DNA from: Barthelona sp. PCE
Taxonomy: Eukaryota
Assembly (NCBI GenBank): GCA_040285745.1
Contig: JAUFOR010000001.1
Location: forward strand, 186,001-250,000
Direction of reading: 5' to 3'
Length of the DNA: 64,000 bases
Made by a program: the position numbers and the translations under genes. Every line of letters starts with the position of its first letter. Positions within the stretch are counted from its first letter, which is position 1. Below are positions 1 through 9,839 of the stretch, piece by piece. The notes under the pieces are model-generated. The model ran no database searches and was not told the origin of the DNA. It worked only from the letters and a program-made list of their open reading frames with translations.

Positions 1-944
1 AGCATTAACAATAAAAAATTTGAGCTTTCAATTAAAGTGACCAATTTAGCTGTATCATATCCACGAAAAAGGAAAGGTCTTGCTGAGATCATTAGAAAAG
101 CGAGAAAATATCCTAAACTAAATGAAAAATTCAAATATCCCAACGCCTCAACTTTTTCATTTTTTAGTAACAATAGAGGCAATGCAACCACGAATATGCC
201 CTCAGAAAACAACGCATTCAAAGCGTAGTACCATAAAAACGCAATAAAAGAGGAAGGATATTTCCTCTGATCTTGTATACTCATTTTTTCTCCCTTGTCC
301 CTTGTTTTAATTCGTCCAGAAAACACACTGAGTATACAGAGTGCTGAGTTGATGAAAAAAACCAAGTTGCTGTTGTTAAAGAATTGTGAAGATATTAAGT
401 AGCCAATTGTTGTTGCTATTATAGAAATAAGCTGCACATTGGCGTTAAAGGTGTGCCCGAGTCGTATAGCTAGACTGTATAATGAAAATTGATACAAAGC
501 ATGCCCTTGTAATAAAAGGAAAAAAAGGAAAAGCTTAACGTACGATGGTATTACATCACCTAGTAACATACAGAGCAATAAAGAAGCTTTGAACAGCTGA
601 GAATATTTGATTCCCACGGTACTTCCAAAAATAATCACGGAGAACCCACTTAGAAATGTTACAAGTGCAAAAAAAACCGCAAAAAACGGCCCTGGAAAGT
701 GTGAAACACACCATACGGTCAACAAGAGTAACGATACCGTGTCAAACAATATCGAAAAAAAATGTGATGCAAAAAATAGCTTATCAAACCGAGTATCAAC
801 ACTACTACTGCTGCCCAAAGAGAAAGACAGTGATATATGAGATCTATGCAAGCTTAAAGGACTGTACATAGGCTGTATGGAAGATTTCCAATCGATATGC
901 AAAATTTGCCCATAATCAGATGTGGTCGCCTTGGAATTTGGCAT
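1..944 (-). CDS. Multi-pass membrane protein, possibly MFS-like transporter (3' end runs off the window)
   Basis: Manual translation of the minus strand from ATG at 944 (MPNSKATTSDYGQ...) stays open to position 1 with many hydrophobic segments; absent from the ORF track because no stop lies in the window. The MFS label rests on hydrophobicity only. Confidence 0.65.
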   Translation of the reverse strand, partial: MPNSKATTSDYGQILHIDWKSSIQPMYSPLSLHRSHISLSFSLGSSSSVDTRFDKLFFASHFFSILFDTVSLLLLTVWCVSHFPGPFFAVFFALVTFLSGFSVIIFGSTVGIKYSQLFKASLLLCMLLGDVIPSYVKLFLFFLLLQGHALYQFSLYSLAIRLGHTFNANVQLISIIATTIGYLISSQFFNNSNLVFFINSALCILSVFSGRIKTRDKGEKMSIQDQRKYPSSFIAFLWYYALNALFSEGIFVVALPLLLLKNEKVEALGYLNFSFSLGYFLAFLMISARPFLFRGYDTAKLVTLIESSNFLLLM

Positions 945-995
945 TTTAACGATTTTTAGTCGTGATTAAAAGTAAAAAGGTGAAAGTACTGTTAC

Positions 996-1262
996 ACGGT
1001 GACACAAAGGTTTTAGTCTTCAGACTTTATGCTTGTGGATGTAAAACTGTTAAAATGAGTGAGAGTGACTTTTCAATGTAAGCAGAGTTTCATCGAACGA
1101 CACAATCTTTTCTTTCATTTTTAAAATTCTGCCTTGAGCCTAATATTCACCCACCTATGAAGACAAACCTCCACGGGTGAGCGTTCCTGATGCACATCAA
1201 TAAATCTACTTCAAGGTCAAACCTTGTTTAAATTTTTTACCTTTATCCTTTTTATACAGTAC
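996..1262 (+). repeat. Non-coding module A, copy 1 (upstream of copine 1)
   Basis: Highly similar to 39878-40120; shares ordered blocks (ACGGTGACA, CTTCAGACTTTAT, GTGAGCGTT, AATAAA-CTACTTCA) with 41626-41875. Confidence 0.85.
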
Positions 1263-1269
1263 TTTACCG

Positions 1270-2496
1270 ATGTCAGAACATCAATTCATTCAGTTTTTGA
1301 GAATATTTGCCTTTATCCCTAATTCTCCAACAATACATGTTGTAGAATCTATCAATGGTTATCGTGAAGACCGTGGAAATCTAAAAATCGGCTGTCTTCA
1401 GACTATGGCGTACCATGCAGACTGTAACCATCAATTAATCATTAATGGAACAACAACTATTGATGTTAATCAGCTTCTCAAAGGAAATTTTGTGGATCAA
1501 ACAACTGGACTTGTTGTCGGAGCTGAATTTAAGAGTCCCAACGTGGATATGCTGTCTTTTACAACCAGAGAGCCTCTGGATTTCGTGCGTTCAGTTAACG
1601 GAAGCGTCCCTATGCTTGTTCTTCGTGCATTACCGGGTCAGCAGTACAAGGTTCACTCGGATATGCTTTTCGGCCCCGACGCCAGCTCAGTCGGTGGTGT
1701 TCAGACGACAGTCTATAGATTAAGTAATCCCAGCGCTCCCCCAGTTGTTGCTGACTTGTACGGTCTGCTTGATCGAACAGATTTATTCTCTCAAATCAAA
1801 CAACACATCAGAAAGAACATTGATGAGATTCTTAATGAAATGCATGTTGAAGTAAGCGTAGCCATCGACTTCACTGCCAGTAATGGAAATCCTTCTAACC
1901 CCGGCACATTGCACTATGGTGAAAAAAACGATTACACCATGGCACTTCAGGCCCTAGAGATGTTAGAGCAGTATGATCTCGATAAGAGGGTACAGATGTA
2001 CGGTTTTGGTGCTCTTATGGCTGGTTTAAGAGGCGTACAGCACGTTTTTAGGCTTCACCAAGAACCAGAAGGTGTGCCTTTCGATCAACTGGTCCCTACT
2101 TACCTTGCCAAGAAGATGAATTTGCGCTTTAGCGGACCCACGTTGCTTGCCCCCGTTTTGAATGCATTCTGTGCGACAATGGATACTTCTAAATATAACA
2201 TATTAGTTATCCTCTTAGACGGACAGATCAACGATGTTGATGAGGTGTTGAATATTATACAGAGCAATATTAACAAGCCATTTAGTGTAATTTTAGTCGG
2301 CATCGGTGATGCAGACTTCAGCGCAATGCGTCACCTTGATGGTGATGGTGAGAGTCGTGTATTAAGCAGAGACGTCGTGCAATTCGTAGAGCTGAATTTG
2401 TTCCATATGGACTATGCTATTACATCGGAGCTATTGGAAGAACTGCCTTCCCAGGTGGAGGAATGGGCTAATGAAGTGAAAAACGGACTAATGTAA
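1270..2496 (+). CDS. Copine-family protein (copine vWA domain), paralog 1
   Basis: Copine motifs VAIDFTASNG, YDLDKRVQMYGFGA, SGPTLLAP, LVILLDGQIND, PFSVILVGIGDADF, RDVVQFV. Confidence 0.92.
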   Translation: MSEHQFIQFLRIFAFIPNSPTIHVVESINGYREDRGNLKIGCLQTMAYHADCNHQLIINGTTTIDVNQLLKGNFVDQTTGLVVGAEFKSPNVDMLSFTTREPLDFVRSVNGSVPMLVLRALPGQQYKVHSDMLFGPDASSVGGVQTTVYRLSNPSAPPVVADLYGLLDRTDLFSQIKQHIRKNIDEILNEMHVEVSVAIDFTASNGNPSNPGTLHYGEKNDYTMALQALEMLEQYDLDKRVQMYGFGALMAGLRGVQHVFRLHQEPEGVPFDQLVPTYLAKKMNLRFSGPTLLAPVLNAFCATMDTSKYNILVILLDGQINDVDEVLNIIQSNINKPFSVILVGIGDADFSAMRHLDGDGESRVLSRDVVQFVELNLFHMDYAITSELLEELPSQVEEWANEVKNGLM

Positions 2497-2685
2497 ATAA
2501 TTATTTTATTCAATAGCACAGGTAACCACTAAAGTAAAAAATGATTTAATATCATCTTGATGCAGTTCTGCACCACCAAATAACTCTTCTTAACATCAAA
2601 ACTCATTCAAAAGCATTGACATTTTCTAGTTTTCCATTTTATCACTTACAACTTCTTTTTTTACCACACTTATTGCCATTTGGTA

Positions 2686-4482
2686 ATGCTTGATGGCTCT
2701 TTTATCTTTGAGGCAGATTTTTTTCAACCAGCAGGTTCTTGTCCCGAGAAATTTTTTAAATGCTCATACACACAGGACGACAAACATATTTTCGTGTCAG
2801 TATGTGACAACGCCGACCACCTGATTTTTAAATTCCACCAGATAGTTGAAAAACATCACGAATCAACAACAAAAGTTGAGTTGCAACAGTACAAACAGTA
2901 TGCAGTACCAAAGAACTTGATGACGACCGCAATGAAACACCCTATGCTATGTGTTCGAGATACCGCTTTGATATGTTACAGATCGTATCACATATATGGT
3001 CAGATGGCCGTTTATGATTTCGAAACTCAGACGTTCACCCCTTTGCCGGGATTGAAGTTCGGCGACCAGTGCCATAACTCTTTTTTGATCGTCTTGCGAG
3101 ACAACGAGCACATTATCTTAGTATTTGAATCGGAGAATGTACCAAAGATGCATTTATTAAGAACGACAAAAAGAGCTCTTGGCAGCTTTGATTTAATTGA
3201 CGCCCTTGCCCCCACGCGCGTATTTCTGTTCCCAGGGCACTCTTTGTACATAACTGTTGACGGTGGTGAGGTTACGTCAACCAAGAGGGAAGTAATCACA
3301 ATCCCGAGTTGGTTCACACCGCACAGAGGGTTTCACTGTGATGGGATCTTGTGCATCACTGACGGAAACGGGCTCGCGTGCGCAGTGATGGAGGGGATCC
3401 CAGCACATGAGGTTTCAGGAATTCGAGTGCACAAGCCCTTCAGTCTCAATGGTAAAATATATGCTTTTACACCTGATTTGTGCTCTATTTCCATCAAGGA
3501 TGCCAAAGATGAACCCCATGTTCCTGAAAACGCTCTGCTAGGTTTTCTGAGTAATAATGGAATATGTCTTCCAGTGCTATACAGCCACACATCACTCACC
3601 GTGTACAATATATTGGCCCCATCGCCCAAACGACACACGTTCACTGCAGAAACGTCCAACAGTCCGAAGTTGCCTCTGAGTAGCATTGTTCTGCAAAAAA
3701 AAAAAGACGAAATTTCGGTTTTTCACGCACTGCACTCGATTACCACGATGTATGCACTGGATGGGGACACCCCCTTGGTTGCATTCAAGCAAGCAAATGA
3801 ACATTCAACGTCGTTGTACGGCCCAGACTGGTATGCTCTTCTTGACGACTGCACCATTTCAATTAATGGGTTTAACTTTCACTTGGACAGGGATTACTAT
3901 GCATACGATGTCACCAGAGCGGGAGATCTACTCTGGGTAACAACATCTTGCTCTGTACTTGTGTATAATGTCGCATTGCCAAACGTCAAGCTAGTTCATT
4001 GCTTTCCGATAAAGGACCAAATCACCAACGTTGTCCCCAACCCGTTTGCGTCTACACAGGCGACTGTGATTGGGGACACTGAAGTCTTTTTCGTTTATTA
4101 TAGAGATGATGAGATACTTTCAATTTTGGTTGAAAGTGAGGAAAACAGCAATTGGGACAGATGTATTTTCATTGAAGATGGGGTTTTTGTGCTTGACAAC
4201 GCTGTTTTTGCCTTGGAATTGGATCAAATCGTCAAGAAATGTGAGATTCCTTGGAAAGCAGGTTCTGACGAGTTCAGATACAATTGCATACAACCAAACA
4301 TAGTGGTAAGAGTACATCGTCGCCTAAGAAAGCACAGTATTGTTAAAGAAACACTTGTTTTTTCTCCTGAATATGCTTACACAATTTTTTCAGAAGAAAT
4401 TTGTATTGGTGATTTGCAGACAGTTTTGTTTCAAGATTTCAGTCATGTAAGCAACGTCCTTCTTGACAGTTTTGACAGCTGA
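2686..4482 (+). CDS. Uncharacterised beta-strand-rich protein (possibly beta-propeller-like)
   Basis: About 600-aa ORF; first in-frame ATG at 2686; no recognisable motif. Confidence 0.75.
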   Translation: MLDGSFIFEADFFQPAGSCPEKFFKCSYTQDDKHIFVSVCDNADHLIFKFHQIVEKHHESTTKVELQQYKQYAVPKNLMTTAMKHPMLCVRDTALICYRSYHIYGQMAVYDFETQTFTPLPGLKFGDQCHNSFLIVLRDNEHIILVFESENVPKMHLLRTTKRALGSFDLIDALAPTRVFLFPGHSLYITVDGGEVTSTKREVITIPSWFTPHRGFHCDGILCITDGNGLACAVMEGIPAHEVSGIRVHKPFSLNGKIYAFTPDLCSISIKDAKDEPHVPENALLGFLSNNGICLPVLYSHTSLTVYNILAPSPKRHTFTAETSNSPKLPLSSIVLQKKKDEISVFHALHSITTMYALDGDTPLVAFKQANEHSTSLYGPDWYALLDDCTISINGFNFHLDRDYYAYDVTRAGDLLWVTTSCSVLVYNVALPNVKLVHCFPIKDQITNVVPNPFASTQATVIGDTEVFFVYYRDDEILSILVESEENSNWDRCIFIEDGVFVLDNAVFALELDQIVKKCEIPWKAGSDEFRYNCIQPNIVVRVHRRLRKHSIVKETLVFSPEYAYTIFSEEICIGDLQTVLFQDFSHVSNVLLDSFDS

Positions 4483-4549
4483 TTGCTGATCAGAAATGTT
4501 AATATTAGGAAGCTTCATAGCATGATGGAGGCACTGGTCTTGTTCTAGC

Positions 4550-4660
4550 CCTGATCATGAAGATACTTGAACATAGAATGAAATAGAACGTATGCGTATG
4601 CGGCACCATATCCGAACTTAGATCTCTGTTTACTCTGGTGAACATGGATGAGACTAGGAA
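4550..4660 (-). repeat. Non-coding module B, copy 1 (downstream of the 4712-6865 gene)
   Basis: 4595-4629 is the exact reverse complement of 41943-41977 (35 nt); flanks match 41889-41909 and 42097-42125; contains AGTAAAC on the minus strand (4628-4634). Confidence 0.85.
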
Positions 4661-4711
4661 ATCATCCTTATAAACAATATGTGTAAATGTGCATTCCTGT
4701 ATCTCTGTAGT

Positions 4712-6865
4712 CTAATATTCATTAAAATAATGCCTATGATAATGGGGCACGTGGTACTCAAAGATGGACGCCTCGGCCATGAACGAAGGAAGATGGAACG
4801 TTTCCACATTGGGATTCATAGATTGCGGGTCTTCCTCAACGTTATATGTTTTCAACACCATTGTCTTGGTCTCCTTTTTGTATGACATGTCTTGAACAAC
4901 GTTATTGGGCAGATTATGATCTTGGTTTTGCTTCACATTGGTTTGGGGAAAATGTGGTAAATTGTTGTTTGTAAAAAAACGCGTTTTAATTGCACCGTCT
5001 TCAATGTATGCTTTAATAATACCACCCCTTACGTGTATGTATGAATCTCCCACGAAATTAAGGAACTTATGGCCTTCTTCTTCCGATGCAATATCATGAT
5101 AAATGACAGTATCTAAGTATTCTGCGTAATCCCAATCATAACAGTGTAAAAATTGCGTTACTCCATCCATACTAGATGTGTATACAATAAACAGTTGATA
5201 ACGAGGTGGTGCAGCCAAAAAATGAGGGTTAAAGTAAACTTCTACATTATAAGTATCATCAAATTCATCATCACATACATCAACAATGTACTCAGAAATC
5301 ACATCATACTCGTTGACATCGAACAGAAAGAAATGGATTGCATTGCTACATAGAATGTATGCTGAAGCACTTTTAATTGAATCATGAACTCTTATGACTT
5401 TCACATTCGGGGGAAGCTCTAATAAAATCTCTTCTCCCAAATACACCAAGCCTGAATCGTCTTCTTCACAAAAGTCAACATTGACGGGCAGCCCTTTAAT
5501 AAGACCACAGTATTCAGTGCCACAATGAGGTAAATGGGTTATGATGGGTTCGGATTCTGAGTCATTCCAGTGAATTCTAACATAAAATTCTTCTTCTTCA
5601 CTACGAACCGCTGCGATTACAAAAAAATCACCTGCTTCATTAGGTTGAACTGATAGTATTTTGTATCTCGTATGTGAAAACTTATCATTCTCATGCAACA
5701 CAATAAGCTTCCTTTCTTTGAAAAAAAAGTAATATCTTATTGAAGCCTCAAAATCATATATCTCCGCTATTCCGTCAAAAAAAATTCGTTTTGGTTGAAG
5801 ACTGTCCAAACGAAAAACCTCATTATTAACTGCTCTGAATTTGATTGGACCACAACGTTTTGTTCTTCTATCAGTACCATAAAAAACACAATCTTCATTA
5901 CAAAAGTAATTATCATTCAAGTCTATGTGTTTTATACTATGGCAATCTACATTATACCAATTACCTTCACCCTCTGACATCTTTAATTCACCGTTTTCGA
6001 TATGAATCACTTCCACAAATCTTAAATCAATGAATACCATTGACAAATCATCTTGAGTGAGCGTTAATAATGCAATTTTTGAGTTTTTCTTAATATTCAA
6101 TCCTTTAAGCTGCGGAAACCTTTCTGTCAAGTTAACTTGGTTCCTCTGACAGTCAAATATTATTAGTTCATCAATTTCTTGATCGCGAAACCTGACTGAG
6201 CAAATGCAATCTGAGTTTAAGCACCTGAAGTGTTCTAAATGAACACCATGCAACTGCTCAATATCAGGTTCATGTGACTCGTCCACGTCATCAACAGAAA
6301 AATTGTAATGCCATATGGTATAATCTTGGCATTTCCTTAACAAAATGTAGTTTGAATTGATGTTTGAATTGATGTTTGAATGAATTGCATACTCTCCAAG
6401 ACATCTATATTCATCGGTTAGCACATTTAATATGTAGCACTTCCTCCCTCCTCTAAAATTAACGGCATCACTAATGGTGAATAGTAGGTGGTTTTCATCC
6501 ATCGGAATTATTCTGCTTGATAGACTTTTGATCATCTCAAATGGGAAGGGTATTCTTCTTCTTATATGTTCAACACTCCTAATATCATTAAATAATAAAA
6601 TATCAAGATGGGTTAAAAAGTAACTGTCATAAAGTTCGTCAATTATCATGTAAGATTCTCCAGCTTTTAATTTGAATATGTACTTAAGAGGCTCACCCGT
6701 GTCCTCCACATACCCAGCAAAGTCCTTGCCCTCAATGGCGCTTTCAATGAGGCTGATGTATTCCCTTGACTTAAGCAATATTAGGCCCCAGCCCTCAAAT
6801 ATAAGCTGCCCCTCGGGATATGCATGCATGATAAGGTCGTCCTCGAATTTTCGAACCCTAGGCAT
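4712..6865 (-). CDS. Uncharacterised beta-strand-rich acidic protein (possibly beta-propeller-like)
   Basis: Long ORF (track 4712-6958). Start placed at MPRVRK (6865) because the upstream extension looks like AT-rich promoter; start uncertain. Confidence 0.75.
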   Translation of the reverse strand: MPRVRKFEDDLIMHAYPEGQLIFEGWGLILLKSREYISLIESAIEGKDFAGYVEDTGEPLKYIFKLKAGESYMIIDELYDSYFLTHLDILLFNDIRSVEHIRRRIPFPFEMIKSLSSRIIPMDENHLLFTISDAVNFRGGRKCYILNVLTDEYRCLGEYAIHSNINSNINSNYILLRKCQDYTIWHYNFSVDDVDESHEPDIEQLHGVHLEHFRCLNSDCICSVRFRDQEIDELIIFDCQRNQVNLTERFPQLKGLNIKKNSKIALLTLTQDDLSMVFIDLRFVEVIHIENGELKMSEGEGNWYNVDCHSIKHIDLNDNYFCNEDCVFYGTDRRTKRCGPIKFRAVNNEVFRLDSLQPKRIFFDGIAEIYDFEASIRYYFFFKERKLIVLHENDKFSHTRYKILSVQPNEAGDFFVIAAVRSEEEEFYVRIHWNDSESEPIITHLPHCGTEYCGLIKGLPVNVDFCEEDDSGLVYLGEEILLELPPNVKVIRVHDSIKSASAYILCSNAIHFFLFDVNEYDVISEYIVDVCDDEFDDTYNVEVYFNPHFLAAPPRYQLFIVYTSSMDGVTQFLHCYDWDYAEYLDTVIYHDIASEEEGHKFLNFVGDSYIHVRGGIIKAYIEDGAIKTRFFTNNNLPHFPQTNVKQNQDHNLPNNVVQDMSYKKETKTMVLKTYNVEEDPQSMNPNVETFHLPSFMAEASIFEYHVPHYHRHYFNEY

Positions 6866-7033
6866 GAAAAGTCGTGATGAAGTAGGTGAACAGTGATAAA
6901 GCATGTATATATTAAATATTAGTGCTTGCGTGTGGCACATATAGATGATATAATACATGTGAAGCGTAAACAGAAAGCGCGAATGTGAAAGAGAACTGTA
7001 TTTGCATTTCTATCCCCTTACAGTTTTATTGAT

Positions 7034-8023
7034 GTGGCTTGTAGGGCTTGTAGCGCGTGGCGCGTAAGATGGTGGACGCGTCAAAACTTCTGTAACCATA
7101 TTTCTGATAATGTTTACGATTTATTATCGGACTTTGGTATTGAACCTTGTACTCCTAAAAAAGTACTTGCAGATATTGCTTATAACATTGCCACTGGAAG
7201 GATTAGGAATAAGTATGTTGAACCAATATATAAAATGTTTAATGGTAAGTACTTAAACATTATGGGGGGTACTAAGGAGTATGATCTTGTACGTTTTATG
7301 GTCGAACATGTTCAGATTACTGCTGAGAATAATCAATCTATTGCTGATTTTTTCAGTGATGCAGTTGCTAATGGATCTTTCAAGCTCGAAATGGATACGC
7401 TAGATAACAATCCGGCTTTAGAAAGAGCTGTTGAGGATATGAAAACCCGCTTGGCTAGACCTTTACGCATTAGGCAACTTGTGGGTTATTATTTTTTTGT
7501 GGTTTCTATTTGCGTCAGATTGGAATATCGAGACTATATTCGAGAAAAGTATCCTATTTTATATGACAGTTTGTGGAATGGAGATGAATTTATCAGTGGA
7601 TTCGCTGCTCCGTTAAGTAGAATTTTGAAAGGCTTTTTCTTTGATGGTCTTGGGTTAGAAAATGCTGACTTTGTGGGTGTCACCCCCGACAGTATATTTA
7701 GTTCTCTCACTCGGGTTGTAACAAAATATAAACCGGGAGAAAGAAAAGGTCGTCACCACATTACTACTGTAGTGAATAGCGTTATTAACAGTAACAATGA
7801 CCAATGGGAAGCCGTTATGGGACTTCCATTGACGAATTTAATGATGAGACCGCTTGAGATAGGATTTAGAGAAGCAATTATAGACTTTAGGAGAGCAGAA
7901 ACAAATGAATACTTTCGTAGAGATGAATGGGTTGAGCTTATTCTAAACTTTAACTCGATCATTGACGGTCAACACCCTTCTATAGCTTTTGATGCTGACG
8001 GTAAAATCTTGATGGAACAGTAA
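7034..8023 (+). CDS. Uncharacterised helical protein; start uncertain (first in-frame ATG at 7235)
   Basis: 329-codon open frame; weak motif similarity to the 32974-35751 protein. Confidence 0.6.
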   Translation: MACRACSAWRVRWWTRQNFCNHISDNVYDLLSDFGIEPCTPKKVLADIAYNIATGRIRNKYVEPIYKMFNGKYLNIMGGTKEYDLVRFMVEHVQITAENNQSIADFFSDAVANGSFKLEMDTLDNNPALERAVEDMKTRLARPLRIRQLVGYYFFVVSICVRLEYRDYIREKYPILYDSLWNGDEFISGFAAPLSRILKGFFFDGLGLENADFVGVTPDSIFSSLTRVVTKYKPGERKGRHHITTVVNSVINSNNDQWEAVMGLPLTNLMMRPLEIGFREAIIDFRRAETNEYFRRDEWVELILNFNSIIDGQHPSIAFDADGKILMEQ

Positions 8024-8617
8024 AACAACAAATATGAGGGAGAAGATTACCTTAAAAAAAATTTATTTTGTAAAAAATAATCAATTTTTAGCACTTTTGA
8101 TTTTACTTTTATCACCGTGGTAATTAAGACCAGCTTTTGTAAAAAATAATCAATTTTGTAGTATGTTGTAGTATGTTGTTCATTAATATATGCATTGGGA
8201 ACACTACAGCACCCATTTCTATCACAAAATACCAAAAAGTAATACAGGGGTTTTATTTAATAAGTTTATGGGGATAAAACGTTTAAACGGGTTAAAAGCT
8301 TAGTAGATACCTTGTTCAGACATGGAGATGAGGACCTTAAGGGCACCGTGAACGTTAGCACCGTTCATAAGGTGCTTGGGACAGCCAACCTCCTCGGCAG
8401 CCTTGAGGGAGTTGTCAACGGCAGTGCTCATCATCTTATCGAGCTTAGCGCAGACCTCCTCGCGGGTCCAGTTCTCGAAACGGTAGTTCTGAGCCATCTC
8501 AAGACCGGAAACACCGACACCACCGAGGTTGGCGAGTTTTCCGGGAAGATAAACGCGGTTTTCGACGTCCTGGGTGAGTAAAGACTGGCCGCCAATGTTC
8601 ACGGGCATGTTAGCTCC
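7780..8617 (+). repeat. Segmental direct duplication, copy 1 (838 bp)
   Basis: Near-identical to 9596-10435 apart from a few substitutions, a 2-nt indel and a 4-nt indel. Confidence 0.97.
8300..8617 (-). pseudogene. gdhA: Truncated 3' fragment of NADP-glutamate dehydrogenase (last ~105 codons)
   Basis: Almost identical to the C-terminus of 10118-11482; homology stops abruptly at 8617. Confidence 0.9.
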
Positions 8618-8929
8618 TCGAAACTAATAAGATAATAAAGGAAAGGCCTCAGCAGTTTACATGTCACATATTAGTATTACTCAAAGTATCACACCAACGA
8701 TATTATCTGTAATGTTACATGTGACAAAGAACATATCTAACATCTATACTTAAACTTGCTGAAGGATGATACTATACTCTACAATATATTACTATAATAG
8801 GTAGCGCTATGTACTGGTTATGTATATATACAATGGCTATAAGCAATTAAATTTGATTATTATAAATTAATACCCCAGAAAGTTGTGAAAATTGAAATGT
8901 AAAACATTCATATTAAAGTGGCCCCTCTT

Positions 8930-9050
8930 GCGCTGTGAGTGTACTACTATGATTTTTTCACATGAAACGTGAAAGTGTGATGACGAAAAAGCAAACTCTC
9001 GTTATAAGGGGTTTTTGCTGGTCAACCCATCATAATTGTACTCGCTGCGC
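8930..9050 (+). ncRNA. Candidate structured RNA (multi-branch fold) in the duplication spacer
   Basis: By-eye pairings 8930-8940/9040-9050, 8948-8953/9029-9034, 8956-8961/8969-8974 and 8990-8995/9014-9019; G-U pairs favour the plus strand; no family recognised. Confidence 0.3.
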
Positions 9051-9595
9051 TGTAAATTGCCCGATTTTAGTGCTTATTCTTCGTATATTTGATGAAGTGT
9101 GATGTTATAACATTTGTTTCTTATGAGGTTTGTTTTCACTGTGATCTCCTCCATTTTCGTGCACAATTACGTATGAATCCTACGTTTCAGTGTTTTAGAA
9201 ATGAGAAATTGTGTGTAAAGGATGAAAATATTGTTTATGGTATCATGTCCTAATTCTTGTGTATATTATTTGTTGTACATTACCTTAATTTCCTGGTAAC
9301 TCGGTTTAGGCCGGGTTATTTGTGTACTATATCTTTGTGTGAGCTTTTTGGTAATATTGTTGTATATGCTTGGTCAATATATTATTGACCTTGTACGAGT
9401 GTTAATCTTGTGTATACAGCTCCCAGGGGTGTTTATTTGTATTTTCTCCAATAACCTGCTTTCAACTTACTTTCTTATTTATCATTTGTTTCCCTTGTTG
9501 AATTACGTTAAACGATGACAAAAGATAGGTTTGACTTGAAGCCACATGACAAATCAAACAGATCTGAAGAAGAGTCTACTAACGGTGCAATTGCT

Positions 9596-9839
9596 CGTTA
9601 TTAACAGTAACAATGACCAATGGGAAGCCGTTATGGGACTTCCATTGACGAATTTAATGATGAGACCGCTTGAGATAGGATTTAGAGAAGCAATTATAGA
9701 CTTTAGGAGAGCAGAAACAAATGAATACTTTCGTAGAGATGAATGGGTTGAGCTTATTCAAAACTTTAACTCGATCATTGACGGTCAACACCCTTCTATA
9801 GCTTTTGATGCTGACGGTAAAATCTTGATGGAACAGTAA
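9596..9839 (+). pseudogene. Duplicated 3' fragment of the 7034-8023 ORF, fused in frame to spacer-derived codons from ATG 9546
   Basis: VINSNNDQWEAV...GKILMEQ matches the end of the 7034-8023 product except L>Q. Confidence 0.8.

Noticed and set aside
8157-8182. TGTAGTA resembling the U2 branch-point recognition sequence
   Set aside because: Lacks the upstream GCTAAGATCA and stem I; explained by a short GTAGTATGTT tandem repeat.
8977-9025. TGATGA...GAAA as a hammerhead core, or ATGA...AAA as a SECIS
   Set aside because: No stem II between the hammerhead motifs; no 3' GA quartet and no upstream in-frame TGA gene for a SECIS.
8618-9595. Helitron interpretation of the spacer (starts with TC)
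   Set aside because: No CTRR 3' end or A/T insertion site, and Helitrons do not create long flanking duplications.
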